The position numbers and the translations under genes are program-made. Below the pieces are notes generated by a model, which ran no database searches, was not told the origin of the DNA, and saw only the letters and a list, made by a program, of their open reading frames with translations. This document shows positions 62,230-64,000 of a stretch of DNA of 64,000 bases, in pieces (positions within the stretch are counted from its first letter, which is position 1; every line of letters begins with the position of its first letter). This stretch comes from Anaeromyxobacteraceae bacterium (lineage in GTDB: Bacteria; Myxococcota; Myxococcia; Myxococcales; Anaeromyxobacteraceae): contig JASGHJ010000002.1 of assembly GCA_047602405.1 (NCBI GenBank), positions 3,200,001 to 3,264,000 on the forward strand, written 5' to 3'.

Positions 62230-63170
62230 ACCTGCTCACGAAGTTCAGCCTCGCCTTCGCGCTCGTCTTCGGGACGGGCCTCGGCGTCGCGGGCGTCCTC
62301 TTCCAGCGCCAGCTGCAGGACACCGCGCGCGAGCAGGTGCTGCACCAGGCGCAGATCATGATGGAGACCGCGCTCGCGATGCGCGCCTACACGAGCGAGC
62401 AGGTGAAGCCGCTCGTCAACAAGCTGCAGGGCGCGCCGCCGCCGGAGCTCGCGCAGGATCAGGTCTTCCGCGAGCTCTGCCTGCGCAAGATGGCGGTCAC
62501 CCGCGAGTTCCGCCCGCAGACGGTGCCCGCCTTCGCGGCCACCGAGATGTTCAACTTCCTGCGCAAGAAGTACCCCGAGTACTACTACAAGGAGGCGGCC
62601 CTCAACCCGTCCAACCCGCGCAACCGCGCCTCGGACTGGGAGGAGGACGTCATCAAGGTCTTCCGCAACGAGCCCGACCTCGAGCGCTTCTCCGGCGAGC
62701 GGATGACGCCCACCGGCCCGACCATCTTCCTCGCCCGCCCGATGAGGGCCGGCAAGGGCTGCCTCGAGTGCCACTCCGCGCCCGCCGCCGCGCCGGTCGA
62801 GATGGTGAGCCTCTACGGCCCGTCCAACGGGTTCGGGTGGAAGGAGGGCGAGGTCATCGCGGCGCAGATCGTGTCGGTGCCGGTCACGGTCCCGATGCAG
62901 ATGGCGAACCGGGCCTTCAACCACCTCGTGGTCTCGCTCGCGATCGTGGCGGGCCTGACCCTCGTGCTCCTCAACGTGGTCCTCTACCTCACGGTCATCC
63001 GGCCGGTGGCGCGGCTCGCCTCCGTCGCCGACGAGATCTCGAAGGGCAACCTCGAGGTCCCCGAGCTCCCCGCCGAGGGCAAGGACGAGCTCTCCGTGCT
63101 CTCCGCCGCGTTCAACCGGATGCACCGGAGCCTCGTCGCCGCGATGCGGCTGCTCGAGAAGCCCGAGTAG
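62226..63170 (+). CDS. DUF3365/Tll0287-like c-type heme domain + HAMP membrane protein
   Basis: TM, YKEAALNPSNPRN, CLECH, TM, HAMP (KDELSVLSAAFNRM), then stop. Confidence 0.85.
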
Positions 63171-63184
63171 CGGGAGAGGCCGCC

Positions 63185-64000
63185 GTGGACGAACGCCCCC
63201 GCGAGCGCACCTGGCTCTGCAGCGTCGTGTTCGTGGACATCGTCCACTACTCGGCGCAGTCGGTGACGCTCGAGCTCAACTGGAAGGGGCGGCTCAACCG
63301 CTACCTCGCGCGCTCCATCGAGGACGTCCCCGAGAACGATCGGGTGATCCTCGACACCGGCGACGGCGCCGCGATCTGCTTCCTCGGCGACCCCGAGGCG
63401 GCGATGTTCTGCGCGCTCCGGCTCCTCGACGCGTTCGTGAAGGAGGAGGCCGGGCCGGTGGGGATGCGGGTCCGCATCGGCGTGAACGTCGGCCCGGTGA
63501 AGCTCGTCCGCGACCTCAACGGCAACGCGAACGCGGTGGGCGACGGCATCAACGTCGGGCAGCGGGTGATGAGCTTCGCGGCGGAGAACCAGATCCTCGT
63601 CTCGCGCTCCTTCTACGAGGTCGCGAGCCGCCTCTCCGACAGCTACCTCCACCTCTTCCGCCACGTGGGCGTGCAGAAGGACAAGCACGTGCGCGAGCAC
63701 GAGCTGTGGGAGCTGCTCCCGCCCGACGCGGCGCCGCCCGCCCCCGGCCGCACGGCGCCGACCTCGCCGGGCGCGGACCGCTCCGGCGCGAACGGCGCCG
63801 CCCGCCCGCCCACCGGCGGCGCGGCCCGCCCGGGCCCGACCGCTGGCGCGGCCCGCTCCACCCCGCCCCTGGGCGCCGCCCCCGCGACGCCGCGGAGCAC
63901 GCCGTCCTCCCTCGACGCCGCCGCGGTCGAGCGGCTCGAGCGTCGGCTCGCGGCGCACGTCGGCCCCATCGCGCGCGTGCTCGTGCGCGACGCCTCGGCC
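63185..64000 (+). CDS. Class III nucleotidyl cyclase domain protein, 3'-truncated by window edge
   Basis: Read manually: VVFVDIVHYS, DTGDG, RIGVNVGPV, GDGINVGQRVM, then LAAHVGPIARVLV. Confidence 0.88.
   Translation, partial: MDERPRERTWLCSVVFVDIVHYSAQSVTLELNWKGRLNRYLARSIEDVPENDRVILDTGDGAAICFLGDPEAAMFCALRLLDAFVKEEAGPVGMRVRIGVNVGPVKLVRDLNGNANAVGDGINVGQRVMSFAAENQILVSRSFYEVASRLSDSYLHLFRHVGVQKDKHVREHELWELLPPDAAPPAPGRTAPTSPGADRSGANGAARPPTGGAARPGPTAGAARSTPPLGAAPATPRSTPSSLDAAAVERLERRLAAHVGPIARVLVRDASA

Overview
Very GC-rich bacterial chromosomal segment. Gene content (kdpFABCDE, ruvCAB, lpxC, Ser/Thr kinases, class III cyclases, ECF sigma with YCII partners) suggests Anaeromyxobacter/Myxococcota; this is inference, no search was run. 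About 55 CDS; no rRNA, tRNA or CRISPR seen. Main points: (1) an IS110 element whose ends can be reconstructed (duplicated CT core at 6831-6832 and 8396-8397; removal restores the stop codon of the MocR gene) and whose non-coding end carries segments matching both junctions, as expected for a bridge RNA; (2) a RAYT-like HUH transposase with C-rich/G-rich inverted ends; (3) a structured ~100-nt leader before two lipid-related genes that both appear to start at CTG; (4) mirrored direct repeats between a KimA-like transporter and the kdp operon, plus an extra membrane ORF before kdpF; (5) two kinase/cyclase modules with non-canonical specificity residues; (6) a near-consensus sigma-54 promoter for lpxC; (7) many apparently leaderless genes. 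Six genes are frameshifted, four by the same GATCT->GATTCT change, which points to sequencing error rather than pseudogenes.
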